32,552 bases of DNA from Dimargaris cristalligena (lineage: Eukaryota). Made by a program: the position numbers and the translations under genes. The number at the start of each line of letters is the position of its first letter. Positions within the stretch are counted from its first letter, which is position 1. The stretch is taken from positions 1 through 32,552 of the forward strand of contig ML002421.1 of assembly GCA_003614675.1 (NCBI GenBank). The letters run 5' to 3'. The notes under the pieces are model-generated. The model saw nothing but the letters and a program-made list of their open reading frames with translations. It was not told where the DNA came from and did no database searches. Shown in pieces: positions 22,243 through 32,552 of the stretch.

Positions 22243-25200
22243 ATGCACCAATGTCCCCGCCATGCGGTCCGGGGTGGCCTGGGCCTGGTCCGCATTCCCC
22301 GCTGGGGTCCATTCCCTAGACTTTACCTGCCGCCTCCGTCGTCGTTCGTGCCACTACCCACTGCCCCGCGTTCCCGTTCAGTATCCCATTCCGCGATCGA
22401 GCCCCACGACCCCTCGCCCAGGACCGAGTCCCTCCCTCCTGCTGGTCGTCGTGTGCAGCCGGACCGGATTCACCCCAGTTTAAGCGGGGCCCCTCCGCGA
22501 GAGGGAGCGTCCCTGGTCCAGAGCGTCGCGGAGTTCAACCGGTCCCTCACCAGCTCGGTCTCGTGCGAGCACCTGGACTACGTGGTTAGTCTCCACCGTC
22601 CCCTCGCCCAGCTGGGTGCCCTCTGGCATACCTATCAGCAACTCCGTCGTGACCCATCCGCCCTGACTTTGGTATCGGCCCAGTCCTTGGTGACTTTCCT
22701 GCGGGTTCTTCTCGGACAGATGGAGGTCCTTGACGTGGAACATACCTGGCGCCAGCGCATGCTCCCCCGGGATTTCTCCACCGCCTCCCCCGATTTCCGC
22801 TGCCGCTTCACCTACACGGCCATTGTCACCTGTGTTCTGGCGGACTTGCGGTCCACCTCCGATCTGGAATCGAACGTAACCCATAGCATCCACGAGCTGG
22901 CCGCCATGATCTACGGCCGCGCCCACGCCTGGGCGGAATTAGAGGGTCTTTGGGCCACGGTCACGGTCTCTTGGGTGGCCCAGTTCGAGGCCAGTCTCGG
23001 CGCCGACTGGACCGCCCCGGCCCCGGCCGATCCGCCGCCCAATCCAGCTCCTCTCCATCGCCACATGATCAAAATGGCAAGTGCTCGCATACTGTACTAC
23101 GCCCGGGCGCATAATTTCACCCGCTGCGATGCGATTGACGGCGAGCTTCAGTTTCGCTACAACCTTTCGCCCAGTCGTTTTATTCTGTCCACTCTACTTT
23201 GTGCGTATGCCGAGACGGGTCAGATTGAGCGAGCCGAGCAGGCCCTCCATACCCTGACGGACCGGGGCTATCACTTGACCATTCACGAATACAATGCTCT
23301 CCTGGCGGGCTACGGCCAGATGCGCATGGCGGACCGGGTCGATGCCCTATGGCAGCAACTCACCACCTCGGACCACCCCCCGGGCCCGAATTTTTCCACC
23401 TACCAAATCCTCTGCCACTTTCATCTCGACCTAGGCCACCCCGACCGGGTCAAGCCTTTACTGGAGGATGTGAAGCAGCTGATGGTATCCACAGCCAGCC
23501 TTCATAAGATCGCCCTTATCCGTCGCCTAATGGACCACGGTCTGATGGAGGAGTCCGAAGCACAGTTCTACACCGCCCGCGATATATTTGATCGGCGCCA
23601 CTGGACCCTCACGGACCTGTTTATTCGTCGGGGCATCTACTCCAATGATCCCGATATGGCACTGCGTGCCTTTCGGCGACTTCTGCGCCATTACAAATCC
23701 GAAGCCGCCCTGGTGGCGACGGACGGAATCCCCCCGGGTCAGCTCAAAATCGAGGCCTCCTTTTTGCATCTCTTTCTGTGGCTCCTCCAACGCGACCAGT
23801 GTTCCCATTTGGAGCAGCTCTGCAGCCTCTTCCACGACACTGGGATTCACCTTGGGCCCGTGGCCGAGGCTATGGTCGAAAATGCCCTCAACACCCGCCT
23901 CCGCCGGTTCGACACGCCGTTAACTAACAATGCTTCCCCGCCCGCTACTCCCCCGGTCCCTCGTGAACCGCCCGTGGCCATACAGCGCCTATTTGAGAGC
24001 CCCTGGCGCTCGTCCCTCTTGACCCTCCTCCGGGAATATTTCCCCCCCGAGGCGGCCCCCGACCTGGGGCCCTTGGTCCAACAACTCTCCCGGGTGTATG
24101 CCCTGAGCCACCGGGCGGCCTTTGACACGGTCATTAAGATTCTTACTGATCGGCATGATTTTTCGGCGGCCCAGCGGTTTTTTTTATTCATGACCGGGCA
24201 GGGCTATCGTCCTTCGGTTTATATTTATTCCCTGGTGCTCCGGGGCCTCGTTTGGCGCAACCTCCTCCCTGAGGCCGAAGCCCTGCGTCAGCGAATGCTC
24301 GGCCAGTTTGGCCTCACCTCTCCCCCACATGCCCTCAAATCTCTGCTTGCCGGGTACGTTCGCCAGGATCAGCTGGTGGACGCTAAGCGGGTATTCCTGG
24401 AGTTGACCGACACGCGAGCTCACGGCCACTCCCTCTCCGCCGGTCTCGCCGCCCACGTGTCGCACTATAATTACATTCCCCTAGACCTCCACGGCTACAC
24501 GGTTGTGATGCAGCTCTTTGGCCGTTACCAGGACGTGGGGATGGTCGAGCACTGCTACCACACAATTCTACGCCTGGGGATCCGGCCCGACCTGAAGGTG
24601 TTCAATGCCCTCCTCCACGTGTACAGCGAGGCCCAGTTGCTGGCCCCTTGCCGATCCATTTACCAGGCCCTGCTCGACGCTGGACTTGCGCCCGACCACG
24701 AGACGGGTCATTTGATCATTCGGGCCCACGCCCTCGGGGGCTCTGTGGCCGATTTGTCCTTCTTGTACAACGACCTGTGCACCCGGGACGTGCGTCTATC
24801 CTCCTTCACCTACAATCACATTATCCAGGCCCTCGTCCGCACCGAAGCCGGATTCAAGCCGGCCCTCGAACTCTTTCGGCGTATGTGGATGGACTCGGTG
24901 GCCCCTGGTACGCCCTTTACCCCCACTAATCTTCAGCAGGCCCGGGACGGGTTCTTTCGCAAGAACCCCGACCTGTGGCAGCATCTAGTACCCGCAGCCC
25001 AGCAGGCCGATGTCCGGATGGATGCAGCCCCCGCCCCGGCCCACGCGCCGCTAGATAATCTGGCCGATCCGGACGAACTGGATGAGGGCGGCGGTGACGA
25101 CGACATGCTGCCGGAGGGGGTGGTGGCCAACCCCTACATCCGGCTCGATCCCCGGACGTTTCACCTGTACCCCCGTACCTACCGCAACGCCCGGCCCCCG

Positions 25201-25497
25201 TGCCCCAATAGTCTAACTTTTAAAATCTTGATTCGAGCGGCCGGGCGCCAGCGCCGGTGGCATGTCGCGGTGGCCCTCTTTGAACTCCAGCGCTCCTCGC
25301 TCTACTTTTCACCGGACCTGCGCACCTACGGCTGGGCCATCACCGCGTTTACTCAGCTCCAGGATCATGCGTCGGCTATGAAGTACTGGTCCGAGTTCCA
25401 GTCGGCCCCGTCTTTTGAGGTGGCTCAGAACCATTACCACTGGTCTACCCTTAAGGAGCTGGTGGCGCAGAATCTTAGCCGGATCACCTGTCCTTGA
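22243..25497 (+). CDS. Pentatricopeptide repeat (PPR) protein, probably mitochondrial, 1084 aa, intronless
   Basis: Long ORF with two clusters of ~35-aa helical repeats, e.g. STLLCAYAETGQIERAEQALHTLTDRGYHLT, YNALLAGYGQMRMADRVDALW, YTVVMQLFGRYQDVGMVEHCYHTILRLGIRPD, FNALLHVYSEAQLLAPCRSIYQALLDAGLAPD. The Arg/Pro/Ser-rich, acid-poor N-terminus resembles a mitochondrial presequence. Confidence 0.88.
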   Translation: MHQCPRHAVRGGLGLVRIPRWGPFPRLYLPPPSSFVPLPTAPRSRSVSHSAIEPHDPSPRTESLPPAGRRVQPDRIHPSLSGAPPREGASLVQSVAEFNRSLTSSVSCEHLDYVVSLHRPLAQLGALWHTYQQLRRDPSALTLVSAQSLVTFLRVLLGQMEVLDVEHTWRQRMLPRDFSTASPDFRCRFTYTAIVTCVLADLRSTSDLESNVTHSIHELAAMIYGRAHAWAELEGLWATVTVSWVAQFEASLGADWTAPAPADPPPNPAPLHRHMIKMASARILYYARAHNFTRCDAIDGELQFRYNLSPSRFILSTLLCAYAETGQIERAEQALHTLTDRGYHLTIHEYNALLAGYGQMRMADRVDALWQQLTTSDHPPGPNFSTYQILCHFHLDLGHPDRVKPLLEDVKQLMVSTASLHKIALIRRLMDHGLMEESEAQFYTARDIFDRRHWTLTDLFIRRGIYSNDPDMALRAFRRLLRHYKSEAALVATDGIPPGQLKIEASFLHLFLWLLQRDQCSHLEQLCSLFHDTGIHLGPVAEAMVENALNTRLRRFDTPLTNNASPPATPPVPREPPVAIQRLFESPWRSSLLTLLREYFPPEAAPDLGPLVQQLSRVYALSHRAAFDTVIKILTDRHDFSAAQRFFLFMTGQGYRPSVYIYSLVLRGLVWRNLLPEAEALRQRMLGQFGLTSPPHALKSLLAGYVRQDQLVDAKRVFLELTDTRAHGHSLSAGLAAHVSHYNYIPLDLHGYTVVMQLFGRYQDVGMVEHCYHTILRLGIRPDLKVFNALLHVYSEAQLLAPCRSIYQALLDAGLAPDHETGHLIIRAHALGGSVADLSFLYNDLCTRDVRLSSFTYNHIIQALVRTEAGFKPALELFRRMWMDSVAPGTPFTPTNLQQARDGFFRKNPDLWQHLVPAAQQADVRMDAAPAPAHAPLDNLADPDELDEGGGDDDMLPEGVVANPYIRLDPRTFHLYPRTYRNARPPCPNSLTFKILIRAAGRQRRWHVAVALFELQRSSLYFSPDLRTYGWAITAFTQLQDHASAMKYWSEFQSAPSFEVAQNHYHWSTLKELVAQNLSRITCP

Positions 25498-26304
25498 CCT
25501 TCCAGTGTCACGGTGTGTTTTGTCCGGAATGATGCCCTCATTAATAAAATCATTTTTCTATTGGAATCCGTTATTGCCCCGGTGCCCTAGACAGGTATGG
25601 GGTTGAGTGGAGTGTTAACTCTAACCAGTGGCTTTAGTTTGGGAGGGGTTGGATATATTGATGGACACCACTATATCGCGTGTATTAAATAGAGGCAACT
25701 GCCATGGAAAAGGCTGGCTGTCTGGGTGCACCTTGGCGGCGGCTGGGGGGGAAAGTCGGTCTAATGGTGGGTCACAATATCCAGGGTTTATTCGACTAAT
25801 GCGGGTTCTTGGTCTTTCTTTTGCCGTTGGATATTTCGGGGGATTGACTTGGGATCCCTATAGATGGTCGTGGGGGGTAGTATCTGGGGTGCCCAGGACC
25901 TCTATTCTGGTCGGTTATGCTATATTGCCAGAAAGGTTTAATGGTCCTGTTATGGTAAATATTACTCCGAACGAGGCCAAGTGACTGTCGGCGCCCTATC
26001 CGCAGGGGAGCCAAAGTCAGCAAACCCTAACTTGGAGAGTGGTTCCAGCAAAGGTCCCCCTCCTTGATCCAGCCGGGGCCTTTCAGTTGGTGACAGTGAA
26101 TCAGCCCTCTTTTGCATCGTTTGGTATTTCGCGGCTTCCTAATTGTAAACATCCCTACTGAGCATTTCCTCTCTATTATTGCTACTTGGTCTATTCGGAT
26201 ACTCTTGCCCGTTGCGTTCCACGGCTCTGAGCTACCCCTCCTCCCTTAATTCGGTCCCGATCTTGGATTACATTGGTTTCTATTTTTAACCTACCCCGCC
26301 CCCC

Positions 26305-29300
26305 ATGGATAGCGCCGATTATGACGAATTCGGAAATTACATTGGTCCGGACCTCTCCAGTTCGGATAGTGAGATTGACGAGCCCTCCACCACGCGGTAT
26401 AGCCCAATCGAGTCGGACGATGATCTGGAGCCTAACGCCACAAACCGAATCGGCCCCGGCATGGACGTAGATGACGGTAAGTAATCCAATCCTCCCATGA
26501 TCTGGTCCCTTGCCTGGCCTGGTTAGCCCACCTACGCCAGGGCCGCGCTGCCCTTGAATTCCTCGGGAGCTCCCGTTCGCGATTGGGCCATCGCCAACTA
26601 ACTTTTTCCCCGATTGTTATCGCACCTCTACACTTAACAACCCCCAGAGCCCGGTGGCCAGATTGTCCTGCACGAAGACAAGAAATACTATCCCACAGCG
26701 GCCGAGGTGTATGGCGACGACGTTGAAGTATTAGTACAGGATGAAGACACGCAACCCATTACCGAACCCATTATTAAACCCACCAAGGTGAAGGCGTTCC
26801 AGGTCACGGAGCAGGATCTACCACCCACGTTCTACCAGAAGCAATTTCTAGTCGACCTCCTGGGCCACCCCGAGCTGGTCCGCAACGTTACGCTCGCCGG
26901 CCACTTGCACCACGGTAAAACCGCTCTGATGGATCTGCTTGTGGAGGAGACGCACAGCCGGGACCGCGACAATTACAACCTGAGCCGGTACACGGACACC
27001 CACTTTCTCGAAATGGACCGCCTCATTAGCATCAAGGCCTCGCCCATGTCCCTGGTGCTGCCCACTTCCAAGGGCAAGTCCTACGCCCTTAATATCATGG
27101 ATACGCCGGGCCACGTGGACTTTATCGACGAATTCGTCGCGGCCAGTCGGCTGGGCGACGGCATTGTCCTCGTGGTGGACGCCGTGGAAGGGGTAATGGT
27201 CAATACGGAGCGCATTATCCAGTTTGCCCTGCAGGAGCAGCTTCCCCTGACCCTGGTCATCAATAAGGTGGACCGGCTAATTGTCGAACTCAAGCTACCC
27301 CCTACCGACGCCTACCATAAACTGAAGCACACCATTGTCCGGGTCAACGCGCTACTCCGGGCCCATCCCGGCTGGACCGACCGGTACTACCTGTCCCCGG
27401 AGCGGGGTAATGTTTGCTTCGCCTCCGCCCTCGGCGGGTGGTGCTTTTCACTTTCGTCGTTTGCCCGCATGTACACGGACCTGTGGGACGTGGCGATCCC
27501 CGTGGCGGACCTAGCCGCCCGCCTATGGGGCGACATTTACTACCACCCCGAGCACCGCACCTTCCACCGGAAATCCAACCGCGGCCAGTTGGAGCGCTCC
27601 TTTGTGCACTTTATTCTCGCCCCGCTCTACAAACTCTATAGCCACGTCTTGGGGCAGGCCGCCGACCTACCCCATACCCTGGCCACCCTCGGTGTCCATC
27701 TCAAGCCCCGGCAATTGACACTAGACCCCAAGGACCTGCTCCACTTGGTGCTGCGGCAGTTCTTTGGGTCCGCGGCCACGGCCCTGGTCGAGATGGTCGT
27801 GACGCACGTTCCCTCGCCGGTGGACGGGGCCGCCCGGTTGGTGGAACGGTTCTACCCCGGTCCGATGGACGGGCCCCACGCGGAGGCTATGCTCCGGTGT
27901 GACCCGGCCGGTCCCCTGATGGTTCAGGTCGCCAAACTGTACCCGGACGAGCGGGCCGAGAATTTCTACGCCCTGGGCCGTATTCTAAGCGGCACGGTAA
28001 CCACGGCCCAGACGGTCCGGGTACTGGGCGAGTCTTACTCCCCCCTCGACGAAGAGGACATGGCCGTCCAATCCGTGACGGGCCTCTGGATCTACGAGTC
28101 CCGTTACAAGATTGAGGTGGCCAGTTTAGGCGCGGGGAGTTGGGTGCTCCTCGGGGGGGTGGATACCACCATCACGACCTCGGCCACGGTAACGGATCAA
28201 CCCACTGCGGGCCCGGACGTGGACGTCTATACCTTCCGCCCGCTCCGGTTCCCCGCCGCGGCCGTCTTCAAAGTGGCCATTGAACCGGTCCAGCCGGTGC
28301 AGCACCCCCGGCTCCTCGATGGGCTCCGTAAAATCAGCAAAAGTTACCCCCTGCTAACCACCAAGGTGGAGGAATCCGGCGAACACATTGTCCTCGGCTC
28401 GGGCGAAATCTACATGGATTGCGTTTTGCACGATCTTCGCAAACTATACGCCGAAATTGATATCAACGTGGCCGACCCCTCGGTGCGCTTCTGCGAGACC
28501 GTGGTGGAGACCTCGTCCATCAAGTGCCACGCCGAGACGCCCAACCACAAGAACAAATTGAGCATGGTGAGCGAACCCCTGGAGAGGAAGGTCTGCGAGG
28601 ATATTGAGGCCCGGCGGGTTTCCATCGAATGGCCCGCCCGCCAATTGGGGCAATACATGGAGCGCCAGCACCAGTGGGACATCTTGGCGGCCCGGTCGAT
28701 ATGGGCCTTTGGCCCCGATAACCACGGGCCCAATATCCTGCTCGACGACACGTTGCCCTCCGAGGTGGACAAGACCCTCCTGCGGTCGGTACGCGACTCA
28801 GTGCGCCAGGGGTTCCAGTGGGCCACCCGTGAGGGCCCGCTCTGTGATGAGACCATCCGCGGCGTCAAGTTCAAGATTCTCGGGGCCGACCTGGCTCCCG
28901 AGGCCCTTTACCGCGGCGGGGGCCAAGTGATTCCCACGGCGCGGCGAGTCTGCTATTCGTCCTTCCTCATGGCCACCCCGCGGCTCATGGAACCCGTCTA
29001 CTACGTCGAAGTACAGGCCCCCGCCGACTGTGTGGCCAGCGTCTATACCGTCCTGGCCCGCCGGCGCGGCCACGTTACACAGGATTTGCCGAACCCCGGG
29101 TCGCCCCTCTACACCGTCAAGGCCTACCTACCCGTCATTGACTCATTCGGTTTCGAGACGGATCTGCGCGCGCATACCCAGGGCCAGGCCTTTTGCCAGC
29201 AGGTCTTTGATCACTGGGAAGTGGTGCCCGGGGATCCCCTCGATAAGGGGTTGGTCATTAGGCCCTTGGAAGTGAGTGGCGCCCCTTTGTTGGCCCGCGA

Positions 29301-29403
29301 CTTTATGCTCAAGACGCGGCGTCGCAAGGGCCTAAGCGAAGATGTCAGCATCGGCAAGTACTTTGACGACCCCATGTTGCTCGAACTGGCCCAGAATTTA
29401 TAA
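26305..29403 (+). CDS. SNU114: U5 snRNP GTPase Snu114 (EFTUD2/Cwf10), 975 aa
   Basis: Exons 26305-26476 and 26648-29403; intron 26477-26647 (GTAAGT...AACTAAC...CAG). Motifs: [28 protein letters not shown]1 GHLHHGKT, G3 DTPGH, G4 NKVD, EF-2-like domains, C-terminal [20 protein letters not shown]. Confidence 0.98.
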
Positions 29404-29999
29404 TCGATGGAGCATGGCGGTTTAATCACCTTGTGCTTTTGTTTTTTTTTTGTTTTTGAGCCTTTCCGTACCGCAATTAAACTGATATAAATAGTTAACT
29501 ATGCCGGCTAAAGAATCGGCTGATATTTCGTGAAATGGTGAATTGTAATCATGGTAAGGGTAGCCAGGGCCCGGATTGTTTCTCAGTGCATTGTGGGTTG
29601 CTAGAGTTCATGAAACAGTGTAGGTATAAGTGGCCGCTCTATTTGGCGGGTCATGGGCTATTTTGTATATACTCGGCATTGCCCAAATACTTGTACGATT
29701 ATAGGCGGCTCAATACAAATTTCGTTTGGGTAAATTCAGCCCAATCTAGCACGATTTTGATCTAGTTTTACTGGCCTCACCCAACAGATTATTTCTAGTG
29801 CTGGGTGACTCAATCTTTGACGTGCCAGGCTTAGGGATCTGCGAAATGGCCATGACGTCCTTCTCAGGCTTCTTCAATGCCACAGTGGAGGCCCCAACTT
29901 GATAGATTTGGGGATAATCGAGGACGCGGATTGGGTATTCTCAGGGGCTTAGGGGCTCATAGTGGACGTTGGGCATAAATGTAGGGGACAAGTAAATGG

Positions 30000-31410
30000 A
30001 ATTAATAATCAAACTGTCAAAATAATCTATAAATGAGTAGCAAGGAAATGCTGATTAAGTGAATAATATATTTATTAAATAATAAACAATTAGTGCAAAT
30101 ATGATAAAAAAGTCAGTGAAAAAAATGAAATGATATGTTCAGAACATTGTAATCTACTTTAGAGGGCTCTCCAAAATAGAGAAGTGCAAACAGTTATTTA
30201 AATATCAAAAACTACATTACATAACCTCAATTGCCATCATAGTCATCATAGAATATGGCTGTCTTCTTTAAATAAAATACGCAAATCAGATGAAATCTTG
30301 GTAGAACCATCAAATTAATCAGTAATTGTTAAGTAGTCATTGGAATCAGTGGGTAAACTGGTAACCAATAGGTAAAATGCTAATAGGTGTGGTGTTCATG
30401 GTACTACACTGGGTGATGTTACAATATTGGGTAATGTAAATAGTAAAATGACTACTAGAAAAGAAATAATACCCTCAGGTACTTGAAAATAACTAAAATA
30501 TAATCAAACTTCTGTAGAAGTACTTGCTATGTGAAATCTTTAGCCTCAACTACAAAGTTGTATTTTATTAATAGGATATTCCACTGAGTATTTATACAAA
30601 AGCCTGGGAATTATAAATAGATAAATATTAAAGGACTAAAGGACTAAATCAGACTAGTAGTGAATATAATAAAAGGGTTATGCCCATTAGTATAACTAAA
30701 ACAAAAGTAAAGATAAGGGTCTTTGAATTATATCATTAGTTATAAATGGTAAACCATTTATTAGTATTAGCAAAACAAGGTTAAAAAAGGGGGACTTTGA
30801 ACTAATACTTAGATAGATTAAAAGAATAACACCTGTTGGTATTGTTATATATTAATATGGCTAAATGGGTACTACTGAAATATAGAAACAGGTATTTATT
30901 GTATAGAATGTAATAAAACAGGGAAGAGCCTCAGAGAGTAATAGGGGGGGCAGGAGTACTTGGTTTTAAAAACTAATGACAGGGGAATTCCCTCTATTCT
31001 AGTGTATGATATACTCAAACCACTATTGGCTAAGTAGCCCATTACAGTAAAACAAAAATAACATCATTAAAAAGATACTTAAACTAATAATTAGCCAGGG
31101 TTAAAGTTATACCTATTGGTATAATCAAAACAAAGATGTAAAAGGTATAAACAAACTTATAATAGGTTAAAGGAATAGCTGATACTCATTAATAGAGTAC
31201 TACAAGGGTATAAATGTAATACATGGGATAATAATCCAATTAGATGTAAATATATAATCATTGTATAGTAATAACAACTTATAAAAGGGAAAACTTAGGC
31301 CAACAGTGTCAATTCTTTGACTAATTACCTAATTGTAAGCAGTAGTTTTAATTAATGAGAGAAGATAAATGGAGACAATGCTAATGCAATGGCCATTTGG
31401 CTATATCACA
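30000..31410. repeat. AT-rich, TpA-rich degenerate repeat tract, probably including the 3' LTR of the adjacent retroelement
   Basis: Abrupt switch to very AT-rich DNA with about one CpG. On the minus strand a purine tract (AGATGAGGG) precedes TGTGATATAG starting at 31410, the arrangement expected of a PPT followed by a 3' LTR start. The other LTR end is not securely found. Confidence 0.5.
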
Positions 31411-32494
31411 ATATTACCCTCATCTAAATGCATTGATCTGTTAATTTAAATTTCTTTATATCAGTGTAAGGTAGACCAAATGGTTCTTGGCATAACTTCT
31501 GGAATCAAATGGTAGCTGGTGTAATTGGGCTTTAGTCTATAACCATTTACTAGGTTACAGTTTCCTTCTTGATCTCAAATTATATGTTCCAAACTGGCAA
31601 ACTTGATCAATAAGATATGGGCCTTCCCAAATAACTCCAGATTTTCCTTGGGGGGTTTTGATATGGAACATTACTTCCTGGCCTTGACTAAACTGAACTG
31701 GATGGATGGTATAATCATAGTGTAGTTTCACTGGTTGTTTTGCCATGATTAAATTTGCAAGGCTGATTTGACAAATTTTGGGTAGTTCTTCAATATGGTG
31801 AATTCTTTCAATGACCACATCTTAAAAACTTTAATTTCCCTAGCAAGGGACCATAGAATTAGAGTAACTAATTGAAATCCATAGAGCATTTCAGTAGGGG
31901 TTTTCCTAAGGCAGAGTTCTCCATACTGCACATTACTAATAGTACTTTCCAAATATAACAATCCCAGTTATTCAAATCCTGAACTGCCAACTATAATAAT
32001 ATATATTTAAAAGATTAATTTAATCTTCCTACTTAACTATTAGATTGGGGTCTGTATGTAGTAGTTGGTCTATGCTGAATACCAATATGATTAGAAAATG
32101 CCTTTGCTAAATCGCTTACAAAATTACTCCCTTAGTCTGTGATTAAAATCTTGAGGACACCATAGTGGGACACAGCATCAGTTAAAAGAAATTCAATAAC
32201 TGTTTCTATTTCAATGTTCTTAACTGCTCAGAGGATGGGCCATTTTGTTAGATAATTAATTGCTGATAACACATAGATATTTCCTGATTCTGAGGGAGGA
32301 GTAGTTGGACTAACAGTATCAATACCTATGTATTCAAATAGATAGCTAGTAATAATTGGGTTCATGAGTGAGCAGTGAGTGATACTTCCTGATAATCACA
32401 GGTAAACTGGGCAGGCTTTGACCACATTATCAATATCCTGTCCAACTGCATGTTATAATATTTTGTTCAAACTCTGGCCAGGGTGTGGTGAACT
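31411..32494 (-). mobile_element. Degenerate Ty3/Gypsy LTR-retrotransposon integrase (pol 3' end), pseudogenised
   Basis: Minus-strand translation gives zinc-finger remnants (TLARV*TKYY...QDIDNVVKACPVY), the rve core (IGIDTVSP...AINYLTKWP...ITD*GSNF...HRPTTTYRPQSNS*VGRLN*), a GPY/F module (WEGPYLIDQVCQFGTYNL) and VNGYRLKP. Many stops and frameshifts. Confidence 0.9.
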
Positions 32495-32552
32495 TACCAC
32501 ATTTTTTACCTACTTTTATTTTTTATCTATTTTTCGCACTTATCGGAAGTAT

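Noticed and set aside
25495-25600. Stop-codon readthrough of the PPR gene to a cryptic targeting signal
   Set aside because: The context is TGA-CCT rather than the TGA-CTA readthrough motif, and the extension does not end in a PTS1.
26022-26030. Telobox-like AAACCCTAA upstream of SNU114, plus scattered AACCTAA motifs in intergenic DNA
   Set aside because: One exact short match; it cannot be distinguished from chance without genome-wide enrichment.
32451-32552. TGTTATAATA at 32451 as the end of a nested LTR
   Set aside because: The minus strand still reads as integrase (HHTLARV*TKYY) through about 32494, so the TG is probably coincidental.

Overview
Eukaryotic, fungal genomic DNA. The proteins and intron style suggest a non-yeast, possibly early-diverging fungus, but this is inference and the organism cannot be named from the sequence. 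A GC-rich, CpG-rich island (~1.4-29.4 kb) holds nine housekeeping genes, seven with spliceosomal introns that I reconstructed by hand: FOX2, mitoferrin MRS3/4, CDC27 (broken by a +1 frame change at a C-rich tract), NOG2, VPS36, a TFIIIC subunit 6-like gene, RPS28, an intronless PPR protein and SNU114. Both ends are decayed, CpG-depleted transposon-like DNA; the right end is a Ty3/Gypsy integrase with a RIP-like CpA/CpG C-to-T signature. The best leads are four. (1) The 505-nt RPS28 intron has a long-range stem, a 33-nt repeat array, a hidden alternative acceptor that could create a poison exon, and a 222-nt AG-free zone. (2) Branchpoints are systematically far from the 3' AG across genes. (3) The repeats show RIP-like hypermutation. 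(4) CDC27 is frameshifted. All coordinates and counts are by hand.
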